DNA of 63,994 nt, the filler included, from Ministeria vibrans ATCC 50519 (taxonomy: Eukaryota > Protista > Filasterea): NCBI GenBank assembly GCA_943704425.1. It is 4 parts of 4 records of this genome, joined end to end, with 100 filler letters (N's around TTAATTAATTAA, not from the genome) between each part and the next. Parts side by side here need not be neighbours in the genome. Positions count along the whole stretch, not along the records: positions 1 to 29,686 come from CALSCP010000778.1; 3 more parts are not named here. One strand, given 5' to 3'. Below are positions 10,261-23,000 of the stretch, piece after piece. The position numbers and the translations under genes are program-made. Every line of letters begins with the position of its first letter. The stretch's first letter is position 1. The notes beneath the pieces are model-generated. The model made no database searches, was not told the DNA's origin, and saw only the letters and a list, made by a program, of their open reading frames with translations.

Positions 10261-12362
10261 TTTCCCTCTCCCTTTCCCTCTCCCTCTCTCTTTCTCCCTC
10301 TTCCTTTCCCTGTGTGTGCGCGCTTTAGCTGGCATGAAGTACTCGCTGCACGAACTTGCACTGCGCTTCCGCACGCGTCTGACGCACCACCTGTACAAGG
10401 ACTACCTTAAGGGCTACACCTACTACAAGATCAACAACCTGGACAACCGCATTCAGGTATGCAAAGAATTTGAGTGGAAATAACAAAGTAGGCGATTGAC
10501 ACAAATGGTTGTGCGTATTCAGAATCCCGACCAGCTGCTGACGCAAGACGTCGACCGCTTTTGCCAATCGTGTACGGATTTGCTGCAGAACGTGAGCAAA
10601 CCCTTTCTGGACATTATCATCTACTCGCGCAAGCTGACGGGCACGATTGGTGGCCAAGGGCCCGCGTCGATGCTTGCCTACCTGGCCTTCTCGGGGGTCG
10701 TCTTGACGCGTCTGCGCCGCCCCACAGGCCGCTTTACCGTCCAAGAGCAGCAGCTTGAAGGCGACTTCCGATTTGTTAACACCCGTCTTATCACCCACTC
10801 CGAAGAGGTATGCTGATCTGCAGTTGCATTGCATGTATATGCTCCTGTCTTCTCACCACTTGTCATCTGTTGGGATATAGATTGCATTCTACAATGGCAA
10901 CCTGCGCGAACAGACTGTCTTGGAGCGCTCGTTCAACCGTCTTGTGGCGCTACTGCGACGCTCTATTGAGTTCCGGCTGGGCATGGGCGTCGTGGACTCG
11001 GTCATTGCCAAATACATTGCGACCGTCGTGGGCTTCACTGTCGTCTCTCGTCCTTTCCTCGATTTGTCCCACCCGCGTCATCTCACGTCGTCCCATCGCG
11101 AGATCATGGAGGACTACTACCGCTCCGGGCGCATGCTCGTCAACATGGCAGGTCCGACATTCTCATTGCTCTGTTGTCACTTTGTTTTTCTCTCTCTCTA
11201 TCACTTTGTCTCTCTCTCTATCACTTAGTCTCTTTCCCTCTCTCTCTCTCCTCTCTCTCTTTCTATCACTTTCTCTCTCTCTCTCCTTTCTCTCTCTCTC
11301 TCTCCTCTCTCTCTCTTTCCTCTCTCTCTATCTTTTTATCACATCTTTGTTTCTCTCACTCTTGTTTGTTTCGTCCTCGTTTCTCTCTTTTCTCTCTTTC
11401 TATACATTCTTATATATTAGGTGCTGTGGGTCGTCTTGTGCTTGCCGGCCGTGAACTGACTCGTCTGGCGGCCTTCACTGCGCGCATGAATGAACTGACT
11501 GAGGTGCTCAAGGACCTCAACCAGGGTCGCTACACCCGCACCATGGTTACGGCGCCCCTTACCGATGCTGATGGCGAGCCTACGCGCGCCCTTGTTGCCA
11601 ACTCCGGCAAGGTCACGTACCAGGACCACATTATTCGATTTGACAATGTCCCGTTGGTCACCCCCAATGGCGACCTGCTCGTCTCCTCCCTTGACTTTGA
11701 GGTGCGCTCCGGCTGCAATGTTCTCATTGCCGGTCCCAATGGCTGCGGCAAGAGTTCTCTCTTCCGCATTCTTGGTGAGCTTTGGCCCCTCTTTGGTGGT
11801 CATCTGACCAAGCCCAGCAAGGCCAAGCTCTTCTATGTGCCTCAGAAGCCCTACATGACGCTCGGCACTCTCCGTGACCAAATCATCTATCCCGACCTCG
11901 CCGAGCGCTGCAAGGAGAACGACGACCTTCTGCGCAAGTATCTTGTCGAGGTACCACAGAGCAGTGTTTTTTTTTTCTTCTTTTTTTCAATTAGTGTACA
12001 TTAATGTAATGCCTTCCCTTTGTTAGGTCAAGCTGGACTACCTGTGTGACCGTGATGGCGGACTTGACGCTGTCCAGGACTGGATGGACGTGCTGTCGGG
12101 TGGCGAGAAACAGCGTGTGGCCATGGCACGTCTCTTCTACCACAAGCCGCAGTTTGCCATTCTCGACGAGTGCACGTCCGCCGTGAGCGTCGACGTTGAG
12201 GGTTTCATCTACGAGAAGGCGCGCGAGCTCAACATCACCCTGTTTACCGTGAGCCACCGCAAGTCGCTTTGGCGTCATCACGAGTACGTTTTGCAATTTG
12301 ACGGCCGTGGCAAGTACGAGTACCGTGAGATCAAGCACGGCGAAGAAGAGTGGGGTTCTTGA
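9532..12362 (+). CDS. ABCD3: Peroxisomal ABC half-transporter, ABCD3/PMP70-like (multi-exon)
   Basis: [20 protein letters not shown] region [14 protein letters not shown], Walker [30 protein letters not shown], signature LSGGEKQR, Walker [12 protein letters not shown]. Confidence 0.93.
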
Positions 12363-12434
12363 TCAATGCAACGAAGAACCTTTTTTTATATCTTTCTCTT
12401 TTCAAATTTTTCAATTGTCTTTTCATCTCATTGC

Positions 12435-15272
12435 ATGGACGACTCTCAGTCGGGTCCTGACAGACCGGTTGAGGTAGATCGACCCGGCGGAAGCGAGACG
12501 GAGCGTCGTCTGAGGCGACAGCTGCAAAAAATCATTGATGCATTTCAGAAACGTGAGACGGTGTGGAAAGAGGCGGAACAGACGCAGGCGTCGCTCAAAC
12601 GCCAGCTCGACGCCGCCATGGACATTGTCAAGCCACTGCGTGAACGGTTGCAGGCGACCCAAGCGGAGTTGGGGCAGCAAAAACGACGCGAGGCGCAACA
12701 GGAGCAACGCGATCGTTCACGCGACGTCCTCATCCGACAGCTCGAAAGTCGCATACGCGACGCCGACGACGCCGAGAAAAAGCGCGTGGCCGAGTCTACG
12801 ACGATCGATGGCGCGTCGGCAAAAGATCTCAAGCGACGTCTCGTGGAGAGTGAGCGCCTGGCGCGCTCCTACGAGTCAGACCTGGTTGTCGGACAACGAC
12901 TCATTGCCACGCTTCGCGAAAAGAACACAGCGCTGCAGTCTGCCCTCTCCCGTGCCACCGCCGCCACCGCTGCCTCCTCGTCGTCAGCACACGCAACCGA
13001 ATCGGCTCTCGAAGCGCGCATTTCTCAACTCGAAGACGATTTGCGAAGCGAACGATCGCGCGCCAAACGTCTCGCTCACGACCGCGACGTTGCCCAACGA
13101 GCGCTCGATGCTGCACGAGATCAGGTTGCGTCTTTGCAAGTATCTCAATACGCCACCGGTAGCAGCAGCAGCAGCAGCAGCGGCGGCGGTGGTGGTGGTG
13201 GTGGTGGCGGTGGCTTAACAGCCCTGAGTCAAGCGTCACCGTCGAGCTCGGTGCTGTCCTCCACCGTCTCTCCCAACTCTACCATCGCACACACGTCCAC
13301 CACGCGCATTCCCACAAAGGTGTGCCTTGAACTCATCACGAGCAGCGAGAGTGAGAGTGAGAGTGAGGAGAACGGGAGGAGTGGAAGTGAGAGTGTAAGT
13401 GAGAGCCGCGACAAGCAGCACGATGCGACCCACCTCGTCAAGCCCGTCGTTGTCAAGGCCCAACCAACGGCGAGTCAACAATGGAAACGGCTTCGAGCGG
13501 ACGTCTCAAGCAAACGCCTTGTTGACAGCAGTGACGACGATGAAATCAGCCCTGTCAGCAAGTCAACGGTGAAGCTGGTGCCGCGACGCAAACGCCAACG
13601 TACCATCCCCGCCGCCACGACCACTAGTACGACCACAGCAACAGCGACAGTTGATGCGCCGTTTGCCATCTTTGACGACGACGACGACGACAACAACAAC
13701 AGCAATAACAGCCGCCAGGACACTCCGACTGCAACACGGTGCCGTGTTGATGCCGCCGAACATGACCTCGACTTGTCGTCGTCGTCAGCCGACGAGGAGT
13801 CTGAGCTCAGCGACTCAGGGTGCTTCCTTCGATGGCCACACACAGACACAACTATCACTGCTACTGTCTCAACTACTACGACCGCCACCGCTACTACTAC
13901 TGCAGCGCTGTCGGAAGTGAACTGCAGCGGTGATGATGAGAGAGAGGCCGAGGGCGAGGAGGGTATTGTGTTTAGTGAGGGCGATTGGGCCTTTCCCTGG
14001 CCGGCCGTGCGCGAGACCATCCGCTTTATGGCAAGTAGCCAACGCCATCCGGAGCTTAGTGTGCCCTTTGAAGCGAGCGGACTCGATGACACGTCCAAGT
14101 CCTTGCTAGATTCGCCACCCTGGTGGGTGCTCACGCCCGCCAGTGCCATTCTTGCGCGCGTGGTTGTGCCCTCGTCACAGACCGACTGTGTCGAAGGGCT
14201 CTGGCGCACGCGAGTGCCGTCCACCAATGATCCTCTCATGTTCACCCGTGTCCTCATTCATCACCTGGGTCTCGACTCGTCTGCGTCCCTCACTCACATC
14301 TACCGTCTTGCATCCTTCACCCGTGCACTGTTTCCCTCTGATGTGCTCCTGCGTCACAGCACAAGTGCCATTGCGATGCTTCTTCTTGGCTCAGAGCCCA
14401 CTCAGAGTGCTCTCATGCGACGACTGTGCCAGTTTCATGCGTGCCTTGCCCGTCTCACCCGTTCCCTCCAAGCTGCACATGCCCTTTTTCATCGTCTTGT
14501 GATGGGCTCACGCAGTGGACTAGCACCTCTCATGGCCTCCTATGCCTATGTGTGGCCACGCGCAGTGCGTGCCAACACCTCTGGCTTTGTCGCGACCGTC
14601 CAGCGCGTTGTATTGCAACAGGTCGCCTGTGAAGACGACACGGAGGAGAGCGAAGAGTCACTGGCGCTGCTTGAGCGTCGTTGTGCCTGGCCTGTGTCTG
14701 CAGTGCAGCTCAAGGATGACGATAGTGCCGTGGTGAGTGCGCTGGTGGAGTCGCTTTCTTGTGGTGTGCGGGTGCGCAGTGCTTGTCGTGCTCTTGACAT
14801 GCTCGGCGTGCACTTTGGCGCAGACTTTGCCTGTCGTGTTCTGTTGCAAGACCACGTTTGGCCGCGCGTGAAGGATTGCGTAGCCAAGTGGCTTGCAGGT
14901 GACGACGAAAACGACGGAGGAGGCGTAGGGAGCGCTGATGATGATGATGATAATGCAACACGAGAGGAGATCAAGTGTGCTGTAGCGCTCATGATGCTCG
15001 CCGGGGATCTTGTGTTCCACGCACGTCCGACATCTCACAGTGCCACCGCTGTGATTGTCCATGAATGGGCTACGCTGGTACGCACAGCACTGACGGGTCT
15101 GCTGCGCTGTGCCGAGCAGCATCGTATCCCTCTCTCGGTGCGCACCACTGTCTGTGATGTGCTTGTGAAGCTCTCCGCCGGAGACCCAGCCCACCTCGCG
15201 CCTGCGCGTCTTTGGTTTGATGCACAAACGACTGCGACACGCGAAAACTGTCGTTTAGCGGTGCTTTTGTAA
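12435..15272 (+). CDS. Large intronless protein: N-terminal coiled coil, Ser/Thr/Asp low-complexity middle, helical C-terminal domain; function unknown
   Basis: About 945 open codons with coding-like GC content; heptad-rich first ~230 aa; probable NLS PRRKRQR. The ATG at 12435 follows a short AT-rich spacer after the ABCD stop. Confidence 0.75.
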   Translation: MDDSQSGPDRPVEVDRPGGSETERRLRRQLQKIIDAFQKRETVWKEAEQTQASLKRQLDAAMDIVKPLRERLQATQAELGQQKRREAQQEQRDRSRDVLIRQLESRIRDADDAEKKRVAESTTIDGASAKDLKRRLVESERLARSYESDLVVGQRLIATLREKNTALQSALSRATAATAASSSSAHATESALEARISQLEDDLRSERSRAKRLAHDRDVAQRALDAARDQVASLQVSQYATGSSSSSSSGGGGGGGGGGGLTALSQASPSSSVLSSTVSPNSTIAHTSTTRIPTKVCLELITSSESESESEENGRSGSESVSESRDKQHDATHLVKPVVVKAQPTASQQWKRLRADVSSKRLVDSSDDDEISPVSKSTVKLVPRRKRQRTIPAATTTSTTTATATVDAPFAIFDDDDDDNNNSNNSRQDTPTATRCRVDAAEHDLDLSSSSADEESELSDSGCFLRWPHTDTTITATVSTTTTATATTTAALSEVNCSGDDEREAEGEEGIVFSEGDWAFPWPAVRETIRFMASSQRHPELSVPFEASGLDDTSKSLLDSPPWWVLTPASAILARVVVPSSQTDCVEGLWRTRVPSTNDPLMFTRVLIHHLGLDSSASLTHIYRLASFTRALFPSDVLLRHSTSAIAMLLLGSEPTQSALMRRLCQFHACLARLTRSLQAAHALFHRLVMGSRSGLAPLMASYAYVWPRAVRANTSGFVATVQRVVLQQVACEDDTEESEESLALLERRCAWPVSAVQLKDDDSAVVSALVESLSCGVRVRSACRALDMLGVHFGADFACRVLLQDHVWPRVKDCVAKWLAGDDENDGGGVGSADDDDDNATREEIKCAVALMMLAGDLVFHARPTSHSATAVIVHEWATLVRTALTGLLRCAEQHRIPLSVRTTVCDVLVKLSAGDPAHLAPARLWFDAQTTATRENCRLAVLL

Positions 15273-15561
15273 TAATATGATGTTTAAAAGTTTGTGTAAC
15301 CTAAAATGAAAACAATGACTCAGACTCCGCTCCGTATCTTTTGTGCTCGGCGGCCAGCGGCCCCCCAGGCGCAGGCGCGCAACGATTTGATCCTCCACTC
15401 GCTGTTATTCTATATTATTATTATTATTATTATTATAATTATTGTATATAATTATAATACATTTTTTTCATTTTTCCTCCGCTGATTCCTTCTGACAATC
15501 ATTCACTAATCACTCATCAGACTTCAGAGTTTTTTTTCTTCTTTTTTCTTTTGATAGGAAC

Positions 15562-16470
<909 letters not shown>

Positions 16471-17093
16471 GTGACGCACGACTCTCTAACCCCTTCAAAC
16501 ACTGCCACCTAGCTAATGGTGTTGTTTTGATTCCCAATTGGGGTTTATAGCGTGACTCCCAAGGCACCGACGGGCGGACAAAAGGCTGCTTCAAAGACGA
16601 AGAGTGTTGCGGCAACGGGTGCGAAGATTGCTGGCACGGGCGCAGCTTGGGGGTTTGGAACGGGGTTGGGGAGAGCGGCCGCAGGAGCGATTTTTTGAAT
16701 GAATGTGTATGCTTGGCGCTCAAACGAAGATCAAATTCATTCAATTGCACTTCAGCGGGCAGTGAGACACATCCAAAACGTTCAAAGTGGCACATCTATT
16801 CAATCTGTGAGTCCACTCGCCCGACTCATGCTAGTTAGACAAAGATCACAAAAATAGAGAGAGAGAGAGTCACGTTGAGGGAGACGAATGAGAGACCTGA
16901 GGTATGGAGATAAGACGCGCAGGCAGGTGATCATTAATTTCAAATCAAGTCAATTAAAATTTATTAGTCACTTTGCCACGTTTCACACACACACACACAG
17001 TTTCCTTCTCTATATCATAAGCCATCGAGTTGGGTGCACCCGTATCAACGCTCCGCAGCCCATCGTGTGCCCATTTGCCGCTCTCCCGCCACA

Positions 17094-20000
17094 ATGCTTC
17101 GCTTTGCTCTCCACGTCACTATTGTGTGCGGTCTTCTCGTCAGCCAGACGACTGCCTGTAAGAGCCCCGCCTCCCCTCCCAGAGCTGCCCATTCCCCTTC
17201 AGAGATCCTCTCCTGCATCGCCAACGCCTCTCTTCTTCGCTTCTGTCGTTTTCAGCTCTGGCGTAAATGGCTATTTTTTGAACTGTTCGTCGAACAAATA
17301 TGGAAAAAATCCCTATCGCGTCGCTCCTTTACGTCTCCCTTCTCTTCCCGATCCTTGAAAACACCGAATACAACCGTGTGTCGATGTGGAGTTCTCGCGT
17401 ATGCCCTCGTCGTGGCGTTGTTTTTTTTGGTGAAGATAACGTTCGTGATCTCACCTCCGACATCCTCCGCATTGCATCGATGCACTGCCCCCGGACGTCC
17501 GCCCCGTGCCACGCCTCACTGTAATCGTGACCCCCCTCACCTCTCCCTGTGTTGTCTGTAGCCTCCTGCGGGTCCTTCTCGCTCGACGCAACCAATGCTG
17601 ACGACGTCATTGCCTCAATCAGTACTTGCGTCTTCAGCATCGTCGATAGCCTCACCATCCACGGTCCCACGTCTCTCACACACTTTGTCATGCCTCCGTA
17701 AGTGTATTGTATCTCCGTGTGCAGTCTTTGTCTCTGTGCGTCGAGTCGTCTCCAGTCATCATCGCTCAACCCTTTGATTATCTCGTTGACAGAGGCATCA
17801 GTGCCATCGGCGGCGACGTCATTGTGGGCGACACAACGGACTTGATCAGTGTTGACTTCAACAACGTCTCCAGCTTCGGCGGCGATGTCAAGGTGACCAA
17901 CAACTCGGCGTTGACAACGGTGGATTTGGCGGTGGCAGACACAGTGTCGGGCACCTTCGAGCTGTACAACAACTTTCTGGTTGACACGGTGCTACTGAAC
18001 TCCCTTGCGACTGTCGAGGAGGCCTTCAACATCACCGAGAACGCCGCTCTGACGCAACTGCTGCTTCCAAGCATCGTTGCGCTCGATGGCGACGTGTCGA
18101 TTGTCGACAATGCCGCTCTCGTGGCCCTCAACGGCAGTGCTTTCCTCGCCGTCTTCTGCAACACGGAGAACACCGAGTGCACAGTGCGCATCGATCGAAA
18201 CGCTGAACTCGTCTCACTGACGCTGTTCAAGCCGTTCCTGACCAGTCCTCTTGAGCCCTTCTCCGAAAGTCGTGTCCTTCATCTCCACGTCAACTCCAAC
18301 CTCAAACTCCCCTCCCTTGAGCCCTTTTCCTACTTTGACGGTCACGTTGGCACTTTGGAGTTGTCTTACCTCTCAGTTCAAGAGTAATGAAAAAAAAAAT
18401 AAGACAATGAGAAATGTGTGACTGACAAGGTCTCTTGTTTGCGTAGTCTGACTCCATTGTCGTCGCTGGACAGTGTGGGCGAGTCGCTCACCATCAAAAA
18501 CATGCAGCAACTCTCCTCGCTGGCGGGCCTCAGCACTCTGCTCGTCACCAGCTCCCTCAAGACCCTTGAGCTCGAGGATCTGCCTCTCATTTTCTCTCTC
18601 GCTTCTTTTCTCACTGTCGCCACCGGTCCCGAAAACGCAAACGACCTTCACATCTCCATTTCTGCTCTCGCAGGTTTGACGTCTAGCTCTGCGCTGGATG
18701 ACCTAGATAATCTCTTCAACATCGTAAGAATACCGAGGGAATAAAAATTTAATACCGAGGGGAATAAGAAGCAGAACTGCATACAAAAATGCTCATTCTT
18801 AATATTTTTGATTTGTTAGGTGAAGCGTATTGAACTGAACGACATCCCAGTGTTCCCACTGGAAATGGGCACATTCACACTGAACCCTGGCGAAGTGGAG
18901 CTTCGCAACATTGACACAACGAGCGTTGGGTTTGTCTCTGTGCGTTTTCCCTCTCTCACCGAACTCATCATTGCGCAATGTGACCTGCTCTCCAATCTGA
19001 CCACTTGGACGTCGTCGAGCGTCACACAGCTCACACTCGCAAACAACGCACTTCTCACCTCCCTCGAGGGTCTCTCTTTCCCCGGCAACACAGCGCAACG
19101 CATCCTCATCAAGAATAACCCCGTTCTCACGGACCTCGATGCCCTCCTCTCCGTCACGGTTATTGAGGAAGCGCTTGAGGTAAGACTCATCTACTCCTCT
19201 TCTTACACACACTCACACTCTCTATCACGTTGTTTCTCCCTCACTCTCACTCTCTCTCACTCACTCACTCACTCACTCACGCTCTCTATCACTTTGTTTC
19301 TCCCTCCCTCCCTCCTCTCTCTCCTCTCCCTCACTCTCTCTCTCTATCTCTTTTTTTTTTTTCTTCTTCTCTCGCTTGCCTTGTTGTAGATTGATGGAAA
19401 CCTTCAGCTGACGTCGCTGCAGGGTCTGAGCAGCGTCACGCGCGTCGGCACACTGCCGGGGGAAGGCGATGCGGGTGTTGGGACATTGTACATTGCCAAC
19501 AATGATGCGTTGCTCGACGTTAACATGACCAGTCTGCAGCATGTGGGCAGCGACGGATCGTCGAACTACGGCACTCTCTTCCTCTCCAACAACAACCTTT
19601 TGCCCTCCCTCGCCGGTTTGTCTGGGTTTAATGGGATCATTGGCACACTCATCATCGACAACAACGACAAGCTCGCAAGTCTCCATGGCCTGCACAATGT
19701 TGCCGATGTACGTGAGCTGCTCAACATCACCAACAATAGCTTGTTGGACATGCCCCCGGCGTCCTGTGCATTACCTCTCTCGGGTGCTTCAACACGTAAG
19801 ACCACAATTCAAAAAAAAAAGTCAAACTAACAAACCAATATCAAACAAACACACTTTTTAGTGAAAGATCTTTATGTGGTAAACAACCCATCGCTTGTGG
19901 TGATGCGCTGCTTCAACGCCTACACTTCCATCGACAATGTGAATGTCGTGGACAACGCCGCCCTCACCACCATCATCTCATTCAACAATGTCCCGAGCAT

Positions 20001-23000
20001 GAATCACTTGCGGGTCAAGGGTAACCCTGAACTCACCACCTTCGACGCCATCTTGTCCACCGGCAGCCTCCTGACGCTTGACTCGCTCATCCTCATCGAC
20101 AACCCCAAGCTCACCAGTCTGACTTTCTTCTCGTCGATCACTGATCTCGGAGAGACCGGATCGTCCCAGGAGTACTCGCTCTACCTCGAGGGTCTCGACC
20201 TCATCGAAGATCTGTCCTTTCTCTCGACCGTCCAGGTCTTTAGCGACGGCAACATTTTCCTGCGCACCATGAATATCCAGTCGCTCTTTGCCAACCTCAC
20301 ATATCCACCGACGCTCACCAACGTTGGCATTGCCGCACAACACTGCCCTCTCCTCGAGCGTCTCGACCTTCCCCCAACCACCGCGACGCTGCGACACCTC
20401 CAGTTGCAACACCTTGACAGTTTTGTTGAAATCCCTGCGCTTGCGGGTCCCACGCCCTTTATCTTTGGCGACGTCGAGTTCCGCAACCTTGCCGTGTGGA
20501 ACCCTACGGTGTACGCACACACTCCCATTTCGGTGCAGGGTGCCCTTGAAATCACGAGCAACCCGGCCCTGTGGTCGCTCTACTTCATCCGCAGCTTCAG
20601 CGACGCTAGCTCCATCGTGCTGCAGTACAACACTGGCCTCGTCGACATCAGCGACCTCTCCTCGGTCATTTCGTACAACTCACTGAAGCTGCTCGACAAC
20701 CCCGAAATCCTCGTGGCCACTGGTCTCTCGCCGGTGCCCACCAAGGCCTTCGAACTCGAGGTGCAGCGCAACAACAAGCTGACACAACTCGAGGGATTCA
20801 ATGCTGCCGTTGAGTTTAGCGGCGTCGTCATCAAAGACAATGCCCTGCTCAACGCTATTGACATTGCTGACAGTGCGCCCGACTTCAACAGCGTTACCGT
20901 CACAAACTTGCCCAATCTTGAGAGCTTGGTCATGTTCGACGCGGCTCTCAACGGCAGCTACATTGAGGTGTCGAGTCTTGCCAAACTCGCCTCCATGGTG
21001 GCCTTCCCCTTCCTCACTTCCCTCGCCGGCAACCTCCAAGTATCCATGCTCGATGTGCTGCCCCGCTTCAACAGCTCCTTTTCGCGCATCAAGAATGTCA
21101 TCGGGAACATCGATTTGATCGACAATTCTCTGCTCGAAGCCGCCTCCTTTGACGACCTCGAGACGGTCGGCAAACGACTGCGCGTCAAAAACTGCGATGC
21201 TATCACGGCCGTTGCCTTTCCCATGCTCAACGAAGCCAACCTGTTGGTCGTCTCCGAGTGTAACAACCTGAAAAAAGTTGAGCTTGATTCGCTTCCCTCG
21301 GTCAGCTCGGGACTCCACATGCGCGACAACCCTCAGTTTCTCAGTCTAACCGCGCCCTTGCTCACATCGGTGGGGCTTGGGGCGAGCACTGAGTTTGATG
21401 GGGGCAGCGAGTCGTGCCGTGACATTATCGTGAGCAATCTTTGTGCGCCATCAAACGCCGCGTGTACTTCGTGTGGTGGCTCCAGCGCCTGCAAAGGTGG
21501 CTGTCCCAGCAACGGCTGCAACTTGTGTCAGGGAACCCACGGCCTCTGGTTCGTGGCCTTGCCCAAGCTCGACAAAATAGTTCTACCGTCGCTCCTCACC
21601 GTCTCACAATTGTTCTTCCTCGACACGGGTCTGCTCGAGCCGCGCGGCCTCGAGGCAGTCACCACCATCAACGGTGTCTTCGAAGTGTACGACAACCAGA
21701 AAATGTTCACACTGGCACCTTTGAAAGGTCTTGTTACGGTGAACGAACTGGTGGTTGCGTCCAACCCGGACCTGTGCTTCAATGCGACGCGCTGGGCGCC
21801 CATCTCGACGGACCCACCACAGGTGAGTGATGTCATTGACGCCAACACCAACACGGTGTGTCTTCTGGAGGAGTTGTCGACCGCCAACACTCAGCCGGGC
21901 AGCGAAGCCGAGGCCGAGACGCTCGTGGACCTGGTGCTCGTTGCCATGGGCGGCGAGGCAGGCACGTGGGCAACGGACGCGTCACATTTGGAGGCGGGGG
22001 CAGTTGAGAACAACCTTATTGCGTCGCTCGAGGGTGTCACCAACTATACGAAGAACGAGGCGGAGGCGAGCGGCATGGTGTCGACGACGCTCATTTCCTC
22101 GACCGGTTCCGCCATCAAAAACATCTTTTTGCCCGCGAGTATGACGCGCATGCGCTCGGCGGGCGTCTCCAATCGCATTCCCGCCGTGGTTGCGTCGTAT
22201 GCGGTCGCCGTGGCCAAGACTCTGCCCTGCGGCTCCAACACAACGCTGAGTGGCAGTGACGTTGATGTGAGTGCCGTGCGCAAGTTTCCAAGCGACCTGG
22301 CGGGTGTTTTCACATCGACGGGCGTGCAGTTTCAAGTGCCTCTCAACTTTACGAAGACACTCAATGCGAGCACGTGTCAAACGGTGGAGTTCAGTACGTT
22401 TGTGACGGATCCATATGTGCCGGTGCAGACACAGACGATCCGCTCGAGCGTTGTTGTGTTCAGCGTAGACGGCACGACAGTGAGCAACCTGACTGAGTCG
22501 GAGGCGTTCGTATTTACGTTGACGCACACGTCTACGGGTTCGACAGGCGATGTATACGCGTGTGTGTGGTGGGACAGGGACACGACACTGTGGACAACGA
22601 GCGGTTGCGAGGTGGTTGCGTCGACGACTACGTCGACAACGTGCCGCTGCAACCACTTGACGTCTTTTGCAGTGCTGCTCGACGTTAATGGCTCCAGCCA
22701 ACTTGCGGGTCTCGAGGTGCTCACCTATGTCGGTTGTGCCCTCTCCATGATTGGTGCAGTCATTTATATTTTGACGTTTTCGATTTTGCGCTCGCTTGCG
22801 ACTGGCCCCACCTATCTCGTGATGAATCTGTGTGTGGCCATCTTTTTTACCAATCTGGTCTTTTTGGTTGGCATTGATCGCACAAGCAATGTGTCGGCGT
22901 GCACCGCCTCGGCCGCCTTCCTCTACTTCTTCCTCATGGCCTGCTTCTGCTGGATGTTGTGTCTCTCGTACCAGCTCTACGGCATGCTCGTGCAGCTCAA

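Noticed and set aside
17158-17561. Possible nested antisense gene in aGPCR intron 1
   Set aside because: Only short ORFs with no motif or clear splice structure; it cannot be supported from sequence alone.
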